Below are positions 37,923 to 46,791 of a stretch of DNA of 64,000 nt, in pieces. This stretch comes from a virus, in the IMG/VR virus record IMGVR_UViG_3300037483_001012, positions 32,001 to 96,000 of that record; one strand, given 5' to 3'. A program made the position numbers and the translations under genes. The notes under the pieces are model-generated. The model searched no databases, was not told the origin of the DNA, and was given only the letters and a program-made list of their open reading frames with translations. How positions within the stretch are numbered: position 1 is the first letter of the stretch; every line of letters begins with the position of its first letter.

Positions 37923-37968
37923 TATCCACGACCCGTCCGGAATCGACCGAACGACATAGGAGGAAGCA

Positions 37969-39300
37969 CTGAACACACATTTCCAACCCGGCGCCTTGGC
38001 GCTCCAGCGCCGTCTCTCCGACGTGGTCGCAGAGTACGATCAAAAACGGGTTGCGCTCGACCAGGCCTTGGTCGATTTCAACACCGCCGGCGAGGCGCTC
38101 AAGATGGCCGCCACCATCGGCGGCACCTATGGCGACACGAACATAGAAACCGGCCACGTGTATGAGCGCGAGCTATCCACCAGCCTCTTGCGATCGGCAT
38201 GGAAACATGTCTACGCCGGACTCAACATCGCTGTTCTCGCCAGCCCGAAGGATAAGCGGCGGTTTGAACAATCGCTGACAGACCCTGCACCCTTCACAAT
38301 CGACAACATCCGGGCGAGCTTTGGCACTTACATCCTCGACCCGCGCGCGGCTATCTTGCGCTCCATGGCCGAAGTGTTCTGCGATCTGGACCCATTCTAC
38401 CGCAGTCACGAGAAGATGAAGGTCGGCGTTAAGGGCCTGCCGAAGCGCGTAATTCTCAATTACATGGGCGACTACAGCAGCCACGGCAGGGAGAAGGTCG
38501 AGGCGATCATCAATGCGATGGCGGCGTTCGAGGGAAAGCCGCTGGTGACGTGGCGCGAAATTAGCGCGCTGCTCAAAGACGAACGCGCCCTGGTCGAAGA
38601 CGGAGACCTCCCCGCTGATCGCACTTGGGACGAGCCTGTCAAGGTCATCGGTCGAGGCATCCGCCTGCGCCGGTTTGGCAACGGCAATGGCCACTTGTTC
38701 TTTGAGCCGGCGGCGCTGCGCACGATCAACCTCGCATTGTCAGAATACTATGGTGAGATCCTGCCTGACTGCGCCGATGACGCGCCCGACGCGCCGCGAG
38801 CGTCAACCGCCGTCGCCAAGGACCTTCAATATTACCCAACACCGGCGAAGGTTGCCGCCGACGTGGTGACCGAGGCCTACGTCAAGAAAGGCGACCTGGC
38901 GCTTGACCCTTCCTGCGGTTGCGGTCGCCTGCTCGACGCGGCGCGTGCTGCCGGCGCCAAGGTGGTTGGCATTGAGGTTGATCCGCTCCGCGCCGCCGAG
39001 GCCATGCGTAAAGGCCACCGCGTCATGGTGGCCAACTTCCTCGATACCGTTCCGACGCCGACCTATGACGTCGTGCTGATGAACCCGCCGTTCTACGGCA
39101 AACACTACGTCAAGCACGTAGAGCACGCCCTCAAATTCCTAAAGTCTGGCGGCAGGCTGATCGCAATCCTGCCGTCGACCGCACGCTATGACCATGGGTT
39201 GGTGGATGGCAGTTGGCGCGACTTGCCGGTCGGCTCATTCAGCGAGAGCGGCACGAATGTGAACACCAGCGTTCTGACGATCCACAACAGGGAACGGTGA
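37969..39300 (+). CDS. DUF4942-domain DNA amino-methyltransferase
   Basis: RRFGNGNGHL, QYYPTP, LDPSCGCG, MNPPF, FSESGT; probable CTG start after AGGAGG. Confidence 0.82.
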   Translation: MNTHFQPGALALQRRLSDVVAEYDQKRVALDQALVDFNTAGEALKMAATIGGTYGDTNIETGHVYERELSTSLLRSAWKHVYAGLNIAVLASPKDKRRFEQSLTDPAPFTIDNIRASFGTYILDPRAAILRSMAEVFCDLDPFYRSHEKMKVGVKGLPKRVILNYMGDYSSHGREKVEAIINAMAAFEGKPLVTWREISALLKDERALVEDGDLPADRTWDEPVKVIGRGIRLRRFGNGNGHLFFEPAALRTINLALSEYYGEILPDCADDAPDAPRASTAVAKDLQYYPTPAKVAADVVTEAYVKKGDLALDPSCGCGRLLDAARAAGAKVVGIEVDPLRAAEAMRKGHRVMVANFLDTVPTPTYDVVLMNPPFYGKHYVKHVEHALKFLKSGGRLIAILPSTARYDHGLVDGSWRDLPVGSFSESGTNVNTSVLTIHNRER

Positions 39301-39303
39301 GTA

Positions 39304-39630
39304 ATGGACCTTCCCAAAAACGTCGGCATCGTCATGCCCTTCATCGACTCGGCGATGGAGGAGTTACGCTGTGTCGACAAAGGCAATCACTCAATCGCCG
39401 TGGTAGTCTCTACAGTCAGAGAAGCCATCAAGCAACTGGTGGCGGCGCAGACGCTGATTAAATTCTTCAACAGCGAACTAACCGACGCCACCATCGATGA
39501 TGTCTGCAACGATCTCCACACCGGCTATGCCGTGGTTAACGGCCGGATGTTTCGAGTGGCCAGCCCATCGTTTTCGCATGGCCACAACTCCATCGAGATC
39601 AAGCTTACGCTGCTGTCAAAGGGGACATAA
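39304..39630 (+). CDS. hypothetical protein
   Basis: Tightly packed in operon. Confidence 0.55.
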   Translation: MDLPKNVGIVMPFIDSAMEELRCVDKGNHSIAVVVSTVREAIKQLVAAQTLIKFFNSELTDATIDDVCNDLHTGYAVVNGRMFRVASPSFSHGHNSIEIKLTLLSKGT

Positions 39631-39633
39631 AGC

Positions 39634-40236
39634 ATGCTAGACAATTTCCTGTCCCTATCTCGCCCGGAGGATTTCGTGGCCACGACGACTGCCGATCTGC
39701 GCGCCGCGCGCATGCTGCTGGGCCTGTCCCGCGTTGAAATGGGTCAACTCCTTGGCGTTGACGCCAAGGAAGTCCAACTTCTCGAGCGCGGGCGAACCCA
39801 CTTCGTTTTTCGCGGCCATGCCGCCATGCTTGAGGCCATGCTCGAACAGGTCAACACCCTGCTGCTGGAGCACACCGGCGACGCCGTGCCGGCGCCAGAA
39901 TTCCTGTTCTGCTACCCGAACAACGAGGTGTTCGAGGAAATGGAGCCGGCTCTCTCCAAGTGGATGCGCTTCAATTCGGTGCATCAGATGTTTATGACGC
40001 GCGTCATGGACGACTGGATGCAGCGCGACCACCGCCCTGTCATCGTCGAGATCGTTCCGAAGCAATACCAGGAATTCATCGCCGTTCGTGGCGGCAAGGA
40101 CACGATAGGCCAGCGCACCGCCTGGGCGATGGAGCACCTGAAGGTCATCAAGTATCGGCCTGGCCTGCCGCGTCAGGACTACGAGGGCAAGATCAAATTC
40201 GAAGCCACAGACGACCAAGGAGGAGAACGAGAATGA
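39634..40236 (+). CDS. HTH protein, Aca2/YdiL (DUF1870)-like
   Basis: DLRAARMLLGLSRVEMGQLLGV..VQLLERG HTH followed by LFCYPNNEVF...HQ segment; similarity judged by eye. Confidence 0.55.
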   Translation: MLDNFLSLSRPEDFVATTTADLRAARMLLGLSRVEMGQLLGVDAKEVQLLERGRTHFVFRGHAAMLEAMLEQVNTLLLEHTGDAVPAPEFLFCYPNNEVFEEMEPALSKWMRFNSVHQMFMTRVMDDWMQRDHRPVIVEIVPKQYQEFIAVRGGKDTIGQRTAWAMEHLKVIKYRPGLPRQDYEGKIKFEATDDQGGERE

Positions 40237-40688
40237 CACCCTGGATACTGATCGGATTTTTTGCCTTGGTCGGGGCCATCATGCTCTACCATCACTGGCC
40301 GCGCTCCGGGGCGGCGCTATTTCACCATCGCTATCGCGATTTTGACGCGCGGTGCCGCGCCCGCGGACTCAGTCATGCACAACAGACTGAGGAATTCTTA
40401 TTCCGCAACGCTTGGGCGAAGCTACGCCGGCGCAGCTCGGCCATCGTTCTCGCGTCGCCGTCCGATCCGAACAAGGCGATCGCCAAGATCGCGGCCGAAG
40501 AGGCTGAATTGCTGGCGGTGGTCAACAAGCAGGTCGCCAAGAAATTCATCGGCGTCGTAAACGAGGCCGGCCTGTACGAGATCCTTTATCCAGACGCCTA
40601 TGAAGCCGTCGAGGCCTGGGGAAAAACCAACATCCCGGTCGCGGAGATCACCGACGACAATATCGCGGCGTTGAAGACTGAGGCCTAG
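40233..40688 (+). CDS. membrane-anchored hypothetical protein
   Basis: AGGAGG RBS; N-terminal TM helix. Confidence 0.6.
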   Translation: MTPWILIGFFALVGAIMLYHHWPRSGAALFHHRYRDFDARCRARGLSHAQQTEEFLFRNAWAKLRRRSSAIVLASPSDPNKAIAKIAAEEAELLAVVNKQVAKKFIGVVNEAGLYEILYPDAYEAVEAWGKTNIPVAEITDDNIAALKTEA

Positions 40689-40716
40689 ATCGAATCTCTG
40701 CCGTGGTTTTTCGTTT

Positions 40717-41028
40717 TTATCGATCTGACGGTGGTTTAGGTTGTCTGGCATCCCAAGAAGCGAGACGGCGTACCAGCCAATTAGCCATACGGTCAAGCGT
40801 CCAATCAACTAAGCGATCGAACAACCGATACAGCGCGGTACCCATGAACGCGCGTTTAAATTGGCGCATGGCGAGTTCACGTTCGGCATTATAAGCTATT
40901 GATGTCCCACGAAACAGACGAACCCTGTCGCGCAAATCGTCATCCGATGCCGGGAGTAGTAGGTCGGCAGGCACCCAACGCCCATCGATTAGGAAAAGGT
41001 GGCCTTCGGCGCGGTATGGATATTTCAT
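40717..41028 (-). CDS. hypothetical protein
   Basis: GAGG RBS; last gene of replication operon. Confidence 0.45.
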   Translation of the reverse strand: MKYPYRAEGHLFLIDGRWVPADLLLPASDDDLRDRVRLFRGTSIAYNAERELAMRQFKRAFMGTALYRLFDRLVDWTLDRMANWLVRRLASWDARQPKPPSDR

Positions 41029-41035
41029 CTTTCCC

Positions 41036-41590
41036 TCACGACGTAAACTCGCCGGCCGCACCAGCCATATCCTGCAACAGCTTCTGGAGCGCCTTGACTG
41101 TCCTCGAGTTTGGCGCATCCTTCAGAAAAAGATAGAACACCGCCGCTCGGTTGCACGCTTCCCTGAGCTTGGTGCTGATGACCTTGTTTTCTTCGCCACC
41201 AGCCCTGTGGATTTCCTCAAAGGTCAATCCATAGCCGATCACGGCCTCCATGAGAAGATAGTGTTCCTCACCAAGGTGCTTCCGTAACCGCGTGAGTCTT
41301 GCCTGGGTATCGACAGCGGTCAGGTTTGCGCCGGCGATCTTCCCACCATCGACGCCTGGCTCGAAGCCGCGGCATCTCATCGTGGAATAGCCGGCCGTTT
41401 CAAAATCGCGCTGAAACTCAGCCGCAGCCGCGAATTGCGGATACGTTATTCCGCCGCTGCGGTAGATCCCGGCCAACGGATTGGACTGGAGGTCGATAGT
41501 CACCTTGCCCCCGCCGGATGGCGGGAAAAATGAGACAAACCTCTGCGCTTTCTTCCGGGCGCGCGCCTTGAGTTCTTTTTTTGTGGCCAT
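41036..41590 (-). CDS. DUF6456-like putative late activator/antiterminator
   Basis: IT..QFAAA.EFQRDFE.AG motif; Q-like position. Confidence 0.55.
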   Translation of the reverse strand: MATKKELKARARKKAQRFVSFFPPSGGGKVTIDLQSNPLAGIYRSGGITYPQFAAAAEFQRDFETAGYSTMRCRGFEPGVDGGKIAGANLTAVDTQARLTRLRKHLGEEHYLLMEAVIGYGLTFEEIHRAGGEENKVISTKLREACNRAAVFYLFLKDAPNSRTVKALQKLLQDMAGAAGEFTS

Positions 41591-44016
41591 CACAGGTCCT
41601 CGAATGTGGTTAGCCGCCCGTTCCACCGAAGCGGCCGCTGCTCATACGCCCTGCCACGCCTACGCTTGAGGCCGATTACGTCGGCCCGGTCTGCAACCTT
41701 GTCGAGTTTTACTTGCCACTCCGCGATCTCATGAGGGTCTTTGGAAGACGGACGGTTTTTTCGAAGCCAATTCGCCTCGCGCCAAAGTCCTAAAACCCAA
41801 TCCGCGTCGCGCTCGATCGACGGGAAATCGGTATCCAATATGTCCGGTGTCGGGTCGTCGCGACGCTGCGCAGTCCTTGTGCGTTGGGCGAGGACAATTC
41901 CTGGAACCTTGATGCGCTTGAAAAGATTCTTCAGGTCGCGCGTGATTTCCGCGCCTCGCTCAAATCGGTCCCTGTGTCTTGTATCTGATTTGAGCTTGTC
42001 TAGTTGGTCGACCACAACGGCGGCAAGGCCAACCGTTCGTTTCATCGCCAGACAATGCGCTCCGAGTTGCCTGACCGTGATGGAGTCGACATCCAGAATA
42101 TATAGTGCGGGCTTTTGCAGAGCCTCCTCGGCATCCTTAATGGCCTCGGCCTGTGCAAAGTCGAAAGCGCCTTCATTAATCTCCTGCACGGACATCCCAC
42201 ACTCTCGCGCCATCTCACGGGCGACGATCTGCTCGTCCGACATCTCCATTTGAATACAAAGAACAGGAAGGCCCTGTGCTGCGATATGGCGCGCAATGCA
42301 CATGGATAGGGCGGTATTGTGTGTGACTATAAAGTCATTGGTCACATACAGAGAACTAGGATGGCTCACTTTGATGCACTGCGCCTCCGCAATGCGCGTC
42401 GGAACTATCGAGGTCACGGTCCGGTATAGGCTCTGCGGTTTGTTGCAAAGACGTTTTTTCCTGCTCAGGGAAAACGCGTCCGCACCGTTCGCTAGCTTGA
42501 TTCTCAACTCAAAAGCATCGCGACACTGGTGCCGTATGCCGCCCTTCTTGTAGTGAGAAGGTTTGGTTCGCATCGTAACGACTGCGCCGAGCGACCGGGC
42601 AAGCCAAGCAACGTCGTCGGCAAGCTGCCGACTGGCTGTGCAGAACCTGGGATCTCCGTTCACGTTCACCCACCCGTCGGTATCCATGAGGCCCTGCAAC
42701 AGGCGCCAACGGTGCTTCATGTGGAGTTTGAAATATTCAGCAGGAATGAACTTATCTTGCGATAGCTTGCCGTAAAGTCCGAGGCGCTCTAGCCCTGCCC
42801 GAACTTTCGTGTCCTTCAGGAAACTGTAGGTTTTTGCCGCATTGCCGCGTTTATCGATCTTGGCAATCAGTTTCGTCTTGAGAATCTTTGATACAGCAGA
42901 AACTATCTCAGGGTCAGCGCTTGTCAGTTGAATGGTGCCCCTAGCCAAGGACCCATCTCCGATCAGCACGCCCAGTAAATATGGATCAATAGGCGGACGT
43001 TGCCACCGATTGCCAATAAACTCTATTGGTGCCACGACCGGAATGTTGAAGCGCGGTTTTCTTGCCCCACCCAAACATTCCATCATTTGCTTGGTGGTGA
43101 AGAGTTTTGATCCCCTCCGACCAGTTACGCGAGATCCTCTGATGTATTTGGCGTGCCCCCTCTTCCACGCCAGCCAGATATGATCTTCAGTAACTTCCGT
43201 TGAAGTGCCATCGTGGAAAGTAACACGATAGAGTTGTCGCTCGCCCAACGGATAGACGCCTATTACAGTAGAAGCAGAACCATCAGGAGACAGCACTAGC
43301 GTCCCGACCTTCAGGCTACCCATTGGTCTGTAGCCAAAAGGTGTCAGCACCGGTGCATCGAGCGGCTGACCTTTCCCATCGCCCTGACTAGCGCAAATAA
43401 ATCCTAGGTCTTCCGGCATGATGAGCCCAAGCACTTCGTCAACCGCGGCGAGCCCGGTATTGTAACCTGGAAGAAACTCGCCACCCTTGGCGCGGAACGC
43501 CGACGCCACTACCGCCTTGGCGATTTCGCCTTCCTTGATCGGGCGCCTCGGTGCCGACACGTGCATCACGTCAAGGATCGCCAGTTCCGCCTCCCCGGCC
43601 ACGTCGATCGCCGGTTGATCGGCCTTCTTTATAGACTTGAGCATGGCGTGCGCGATCGCTTCGATCCGTCGCATATTCGCGGATTCCGCGATGCTCTCGG
43701 CAAAGTCGATCGGAGTGGTTACGTCTTCCGCGTTCCTAATGTAATTGTGGATCAGGAGATCCATCATCACGCCGTTGTGGTCGGGCGGAAGCCGGCTCAA
43801 CAGCAGCACCAGGCTCAGTCGCTTTCCTTCCTCACAGATATCGCGCACCACCCCGAAAATTTGCTGGTGTAGCGGGTCGGTAAAGTGCTCCTGCTTGATC
43901 TTGTCAGCGACGGTCCAGTAGGCCTGCTCGCTTTTCAACAGCGCGCCGATCACCGCCTTTTCGGCCGCGAGATTTGACGTCACCATCGAAGTAAAGGCTG
44001 CGCGCGCTACTGCCAT
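41590..44016 (-). CDS. dnaB: DnaB-like replicative helicase with intein
   Basis: AEKAVIGALL, Walker A ASQGDGK/T split by intein, MEMS, VVVDQL, LAQ, IERDAD. Confidence 0.9.
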   Translation of the reverse strand: MAVARAAFTSMVTSNLAAEKAVIGALLKSEQAYWTVADKIKQEHFTDPLHQQIFGVVRDICEEGKRLSLVLLLSRLPPDHNGVMMDLLIHNYIRNAEDVTTPIDFAESIAESANMRRIEAIAHAMLKSIKKADQPAIDVAGEAELAILDVMHVSAPRRPIKEGEIAKAVVASAFRAKGGEFLPGYNTGLAAVDEVLGLIMPEDLGFICASQGDGKGQPLDAPVLTPFGYRPMGSLKVGTLVLSPDGSASTVIGVYPLGERQLYRVTFHDGTSTEVTEDHIWLAWKRGHAKYIRGSRVTGRRGSKLFTTKQMMECLGGARKPRFNIPVVAPIEFIGNRWQRPPIDPYLLGVLIGDGSLARGTIQLTSADPEIVSAVSKILKTKLIAKIDKRGNAAKTYSFLKDTKVRAGLERLGLYGKLSQDKFIPAEYFKLHMKHRWRLLQGLMDTDGWVNVNGDPRFCTASRQLADDVAWLARSLGAVVTMRTKPSHYKKGGIRHQCRDAFELRIKLANGADAFSLSRKKRLCNKPQSLYRTVTSIVPTRIAEAQCIKVSHPSSLYVTNDFIVTHNTALSMCIARHIAAQGLPVLCIQMEMSDEQIVAREMARECGMSVQEINEGAFDFAQAEAIKDAEEALQKPALYILDVDSITVRQLGAHCLAMKRTVGLAAVVVDQLDKLKSDTRHRDRFERGAEITRDLKNLFKRIKVPGIVLAQRTRTAQRRDDPTPDILDTDFPSIERDADWVLGLWREANWLRKNRPSSKDPHEIAEWQVKLDKVADRADVIGLKRRRGRAYEQRPLRWNGRLTTFEDL
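42316..43371 (-). mobile_element. class 3 intein with LAGLIDADG endonuclease (352 aa)
   Basis: GQPLDAPVLTP..., DHIW, LLGVLIGDG, LLQGLMDTDG, AQCIKV, IVTHN/T. Confidence 0.88.
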
Positions 44017-45095
44017 TGGGTCTTTGCCTTATTCCAAATATCGAGATAGTCCTCGCCTGGGGGAGGTTCTGGATTGATCACGCCTTTGACGTTGGCGGCG
44101 TCGAGCCGCGCCCGTAGCGCGCGCGCCGCTTTTCGGCCGGCCGGGGTTGGGTCGGGAGCTAGATCGCCGCCATCGATGCGCTTCGGATAATCACCATCGG
44201 GGAACTGGTCGCAGCGCTCGATCTCCGGCGGGGGCTCGAAGTTCATCATTCCGGAGGTGGAGAGCGTGGCCCATACCGGCCGGCGCCGGCCGATCAGATA
44301 CCAAGCGCCCAGCGTGCTCTCGAGCCCCTCCCCCACGTCGGTGTGCGGCTGGAGCCCGCCGATGCGGACCGCGCCGCCACTTGCCGAGCCGAGCCCGAGC
44401 TTCTCCTCGCCCGGCACCGGCGCCTTGGCTGGCTTCTTGGGGTCCAGAAAGATGCGCCAGATCGCGGTGAACTCGCCCATGGCGTCGTCGACCCGCGCCA
44501 CCAGTGCCGGATATCGCTGGCCATTTGGGTGCTTCAGGCCGCCTGCAAACCCCAGAACGTCGGGCCAGCCCTCCTCCGGGGTCGGCAAGCCGCGGGCATT
44601 GAGGTAGGCCTCAGCGTGCGTGCCGGCGATTGGCACCACGTGCCGCCAGATACCGGCCGCGGCTTCGATCATCTCGGCTTCGTTGAGCACGTTCTCAGAA
44701 TCGCGTTCCGCCCGCCATCGGGCCATCTCGGCCTCGCGCCTGGACTCCTGCTCCTCCCACGACCGCTGCTCGTCGGGCGACCGGTTACGCACGCGCGCGT
44801 CCTTCGGCATCGGAATGCCGGCCATCGCTGCGCACTGCTCCACCGCCTGCGGAAATGTAAGGCCGTCTATCTGCATGAGAAAATCAAAGATGCTCCCGTT
44901 CCTAGCGGACGAAAAATCAAACCACGCCATCTTTTGGTCGTTGACGAAAAACGACGGCGTATTTTCCTTGTTGAACGGGGAGAGCCCGCGGAATTCGCGA
45001 CCGGACCGCTTGAGCACCACGCGGCGGCCGACGACTTCCGACACCGGAAGCCGGGCGCGGATCTCGTCGAGAAACTGTGAGGTGAATTTGGCCAT
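44007..45095 (-). CDS. DNA primase (CHC2-type N domain + TOPRIM)
   Basis: GLSPFNKENTPSF, AEAYLNARG, VGEGLES, PPGEDYLD. Confidence 0.85.
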   Translation of the reverse strand: MAKFTSQFLDEIRARLPVSEVVGRRVVLKRSGREFRGLSPFNKENTPSFFVNDQKMAWFDFSSARNGSIFDFLMQIDGLTFPQAVEQCAAMAGIPMPKDARVRNRSPDEQRSWEEQESRREAEMARWRAERDSENVLNEAEMIEAAAGIWRHVVPIAGTHAEAYLNARGLPTPEEGWPDVLGFAGGLKHPNGQRYPALVARVDDAMGEFTAIWRIFLDPKKPAKAPVPGEEKLGLGSASGGAVRIGGLQPHTDVGEGLESTLGAWYLIGRRRPVWATLSTSGMMNFEPPPEIERCDQFPDGDYPKRIDGGDLAPDPTPAGRKAARALRARLDAANVKGVINPEPPPGEDYLDIWNKAKTQWQ

Positions 45096-45096
45096 C

Positions 45097-46791
45097 TCAC
45101 GCGCTGATCCCCTGCTTCGCCAAGTAATTCTGTGCCAGCAGTTTCACGCGCGCTTCGTCGCGATAAATCGGGAGGACCCCGGCCATCGGATCGCTGATGC
45201 CGCGCGCCTGCGTCCCCTTGATCCCGTGGATGCTCATGATCGTGGGATCAGAGCCCTCGTCTACGACACACCAGAAAGCATCGATGACGGATGCGCCTTG
45301 ACCTGGACGGTCGACGCGCCCAAGATTCTGCTGGTGAACAGCGCCCGACCAATCAAGTTCCCCGAAAATCTCGGTATGGCAGCGCTGCTGAAGACCATCA
45401 ATACCGTCGCCAGAGCGCAGCGACATGATCATCAGGTCGGTCTCACCGTTGATGAAGGCGCGCTTGCTACGTTCCTTTTTTGCGGAACTTTCGCTGCCGG
45501 TGTAGAGGACCGGCCGGAAGTCAGCGAGTTCTTTCAACCAGATTTCGTAACAGTCGCGATGCCAGCCAAAGAGCAGCGTGGGGATGCCTTGACTAACGAT
45601 CATCCTGGTGAAGGCCGCCACACCGCGGGCCTTCGCGACGCCAGTATCGTGACGCATAAGTGCGTCCAATTCGCGCGCTGCTTGACCACGCTCGACGAAA
45701 CTGCCCGAGACGGTACGTTGCGCAAGGAGACGCGTCAGATCACGGGATTCTTTCTCGGCGTCGTGGTCATAGTCTACGGTGATGATGTGAGTATTTACCG
45801 GCCGCCCTTCTCTTACGCGGCGCAAAAACACCTGGATTTCGCGGAGATACGTCCCTAGCGCGTCCGGGTCTTTGACCGCCCACTTCCCGTTGCCAATGCT
45901 GGTGCACCATTCCCGATAGAATTCGTCGCGGGTGCCCAGCGCGCCCGGAACGAAAATCTCAAGAATATTGAATATCTCGTCGCCGTAATTGAACACCGGC
46001 GTGCCCGACATCGGCAGGCAGATCTGGGCGTTGTCGGCAAACACCTTGGCCGCCGCACCCTTCTGTGTTGCTATTCCCTTGCGTAATTCATGGCACTCGT
46101 CGGCGATAAAGGCTTTGAAGACCCCTGTCGCCGCTACATCCGCCCATCCGGCAATGTTCGAATACCGAAAGACATAAAGATTTGCGGGCGGCAGAGAGTA
46201 TGGCGTTCGCCCTTCGATGATGTGGGCCGTTAGATAGGTGTGCGGCTTCACATACTCCTCGACCAATTGCTTGGGGAGGTGAGCCTTGGTGACGTAAGCC
46301 GCCGGCAGGAATGGCGAACCGACGATCGAAAGAAGCGCGGTATGCGTCTTGCCGTGACCCATGCTATCAGCAAGCAGGAGCCTCTTTTTACGGTGCAGCA
46401 TCTCGGCCGCTTGCTGCTGGAGCAACCACGGTGTGAACGACGGTTTGAAACCGTGCCTAACCGGCGGCACGAAGTCCGGCATTAAGATGCGCTCGATATC
46501 ATCCCGCTGTGTCTCGTAAAGTTGGCACCGTTCACTCAGGTGCGCGCGATCGTCGGCACTAATTTCGAGCGGGTATCTTTGGCAAAACCAGTCAAGGTCA
46601 GCGCAGATGTTCTCGACGTCGGCAAATTCGAATCTCCCGGTTTGCGCTTTGGCGATCGACGGGAATACCGATTTCAATCGGATCGCCACGTGGGGCTCAA
46701 TCCCTTCCATAATCCAGCGACCGTTGCCGTATCGCAGGGCACCGTAAGGCTTGCCGGCCCGCGCAATCATGTTACTGGCGGTGACCGTCAT
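45097..46791 (-). CDS. SNF2-like helicase
   Basis: LADSMGHGKT, DECH, SGTP, Q..GRVDRPGQ. Confidence 0.88.
   Translation of the reverse strand: MTVTASNMIARAGKPYGALRYGNGRWIMEGIEPHVAIRLKSVFPSIAKAQTGRFEFADVENICADLDWFCQRYPLEISADDRAHLSERCQLYETQRDDIERILMPDFVPPVRHGFKPSFTPWLLQQQAAEMLHRKKRLLLADSMGHGKTHTALLSIVGSPFLPAAYVTKAHLPKQLVEEYVKPHTYLTAHIIEGRTPYSLPPANLYVFRYSNIAGWADVAATGVFKAFIADECHELRKGIATQKGAAAKVFADNAQICLPMSGTPVFNYGDEIFNILEIFVPGALGTRDEFYREWCTSIGNGKWAVKDPDALGTYLREIQVFLRRVREGRPVNTHIITVDYDHDAEKESRDLTRLLAQRTVSGSFVERGQAARELDALMRHDTGVAKARGVAAFTRMIVSQGIPTLLFGWHRDCYEIWLKELADFRPVLYTGSESSAKKERSKRAFINGETDLMIMSLRSGDGIDGLQQRCHTEIFGELDWSGAVHQQNLGRVDRPGQGASVIDAFWCVVDEGSDPTIMSIHGIKGTQARGISDPMAGVLPIYRDEARVKLLAQNYLAKQGISA

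Larger units (their letters stand above)
24382..37953 (+). repeat. family of 18 dispersed pre-RBS hairpins, stem-GG-AATNGH-CC-stem
   Basis: Copies at 24382, 24645, 25081, 25917, 26154, 26590, 27592, 29840, 30449, 30970, 31249, 31881, 32096, 32324, 33626, 35038, 35515, 37934; each followed within ~20 nt by GAGGA/GGAG and a start codon. Confidence 0.92.

Noticed and set aside
24382-37953. CRISPR array or CRISPR-repeat mimic interpretation of the hairpins
   Set aside because: Spacing is irregular (0.2-2.4 kb) with whole genes between copies, stems vary, there is no likeness to repeats I know, and no cas genes are present
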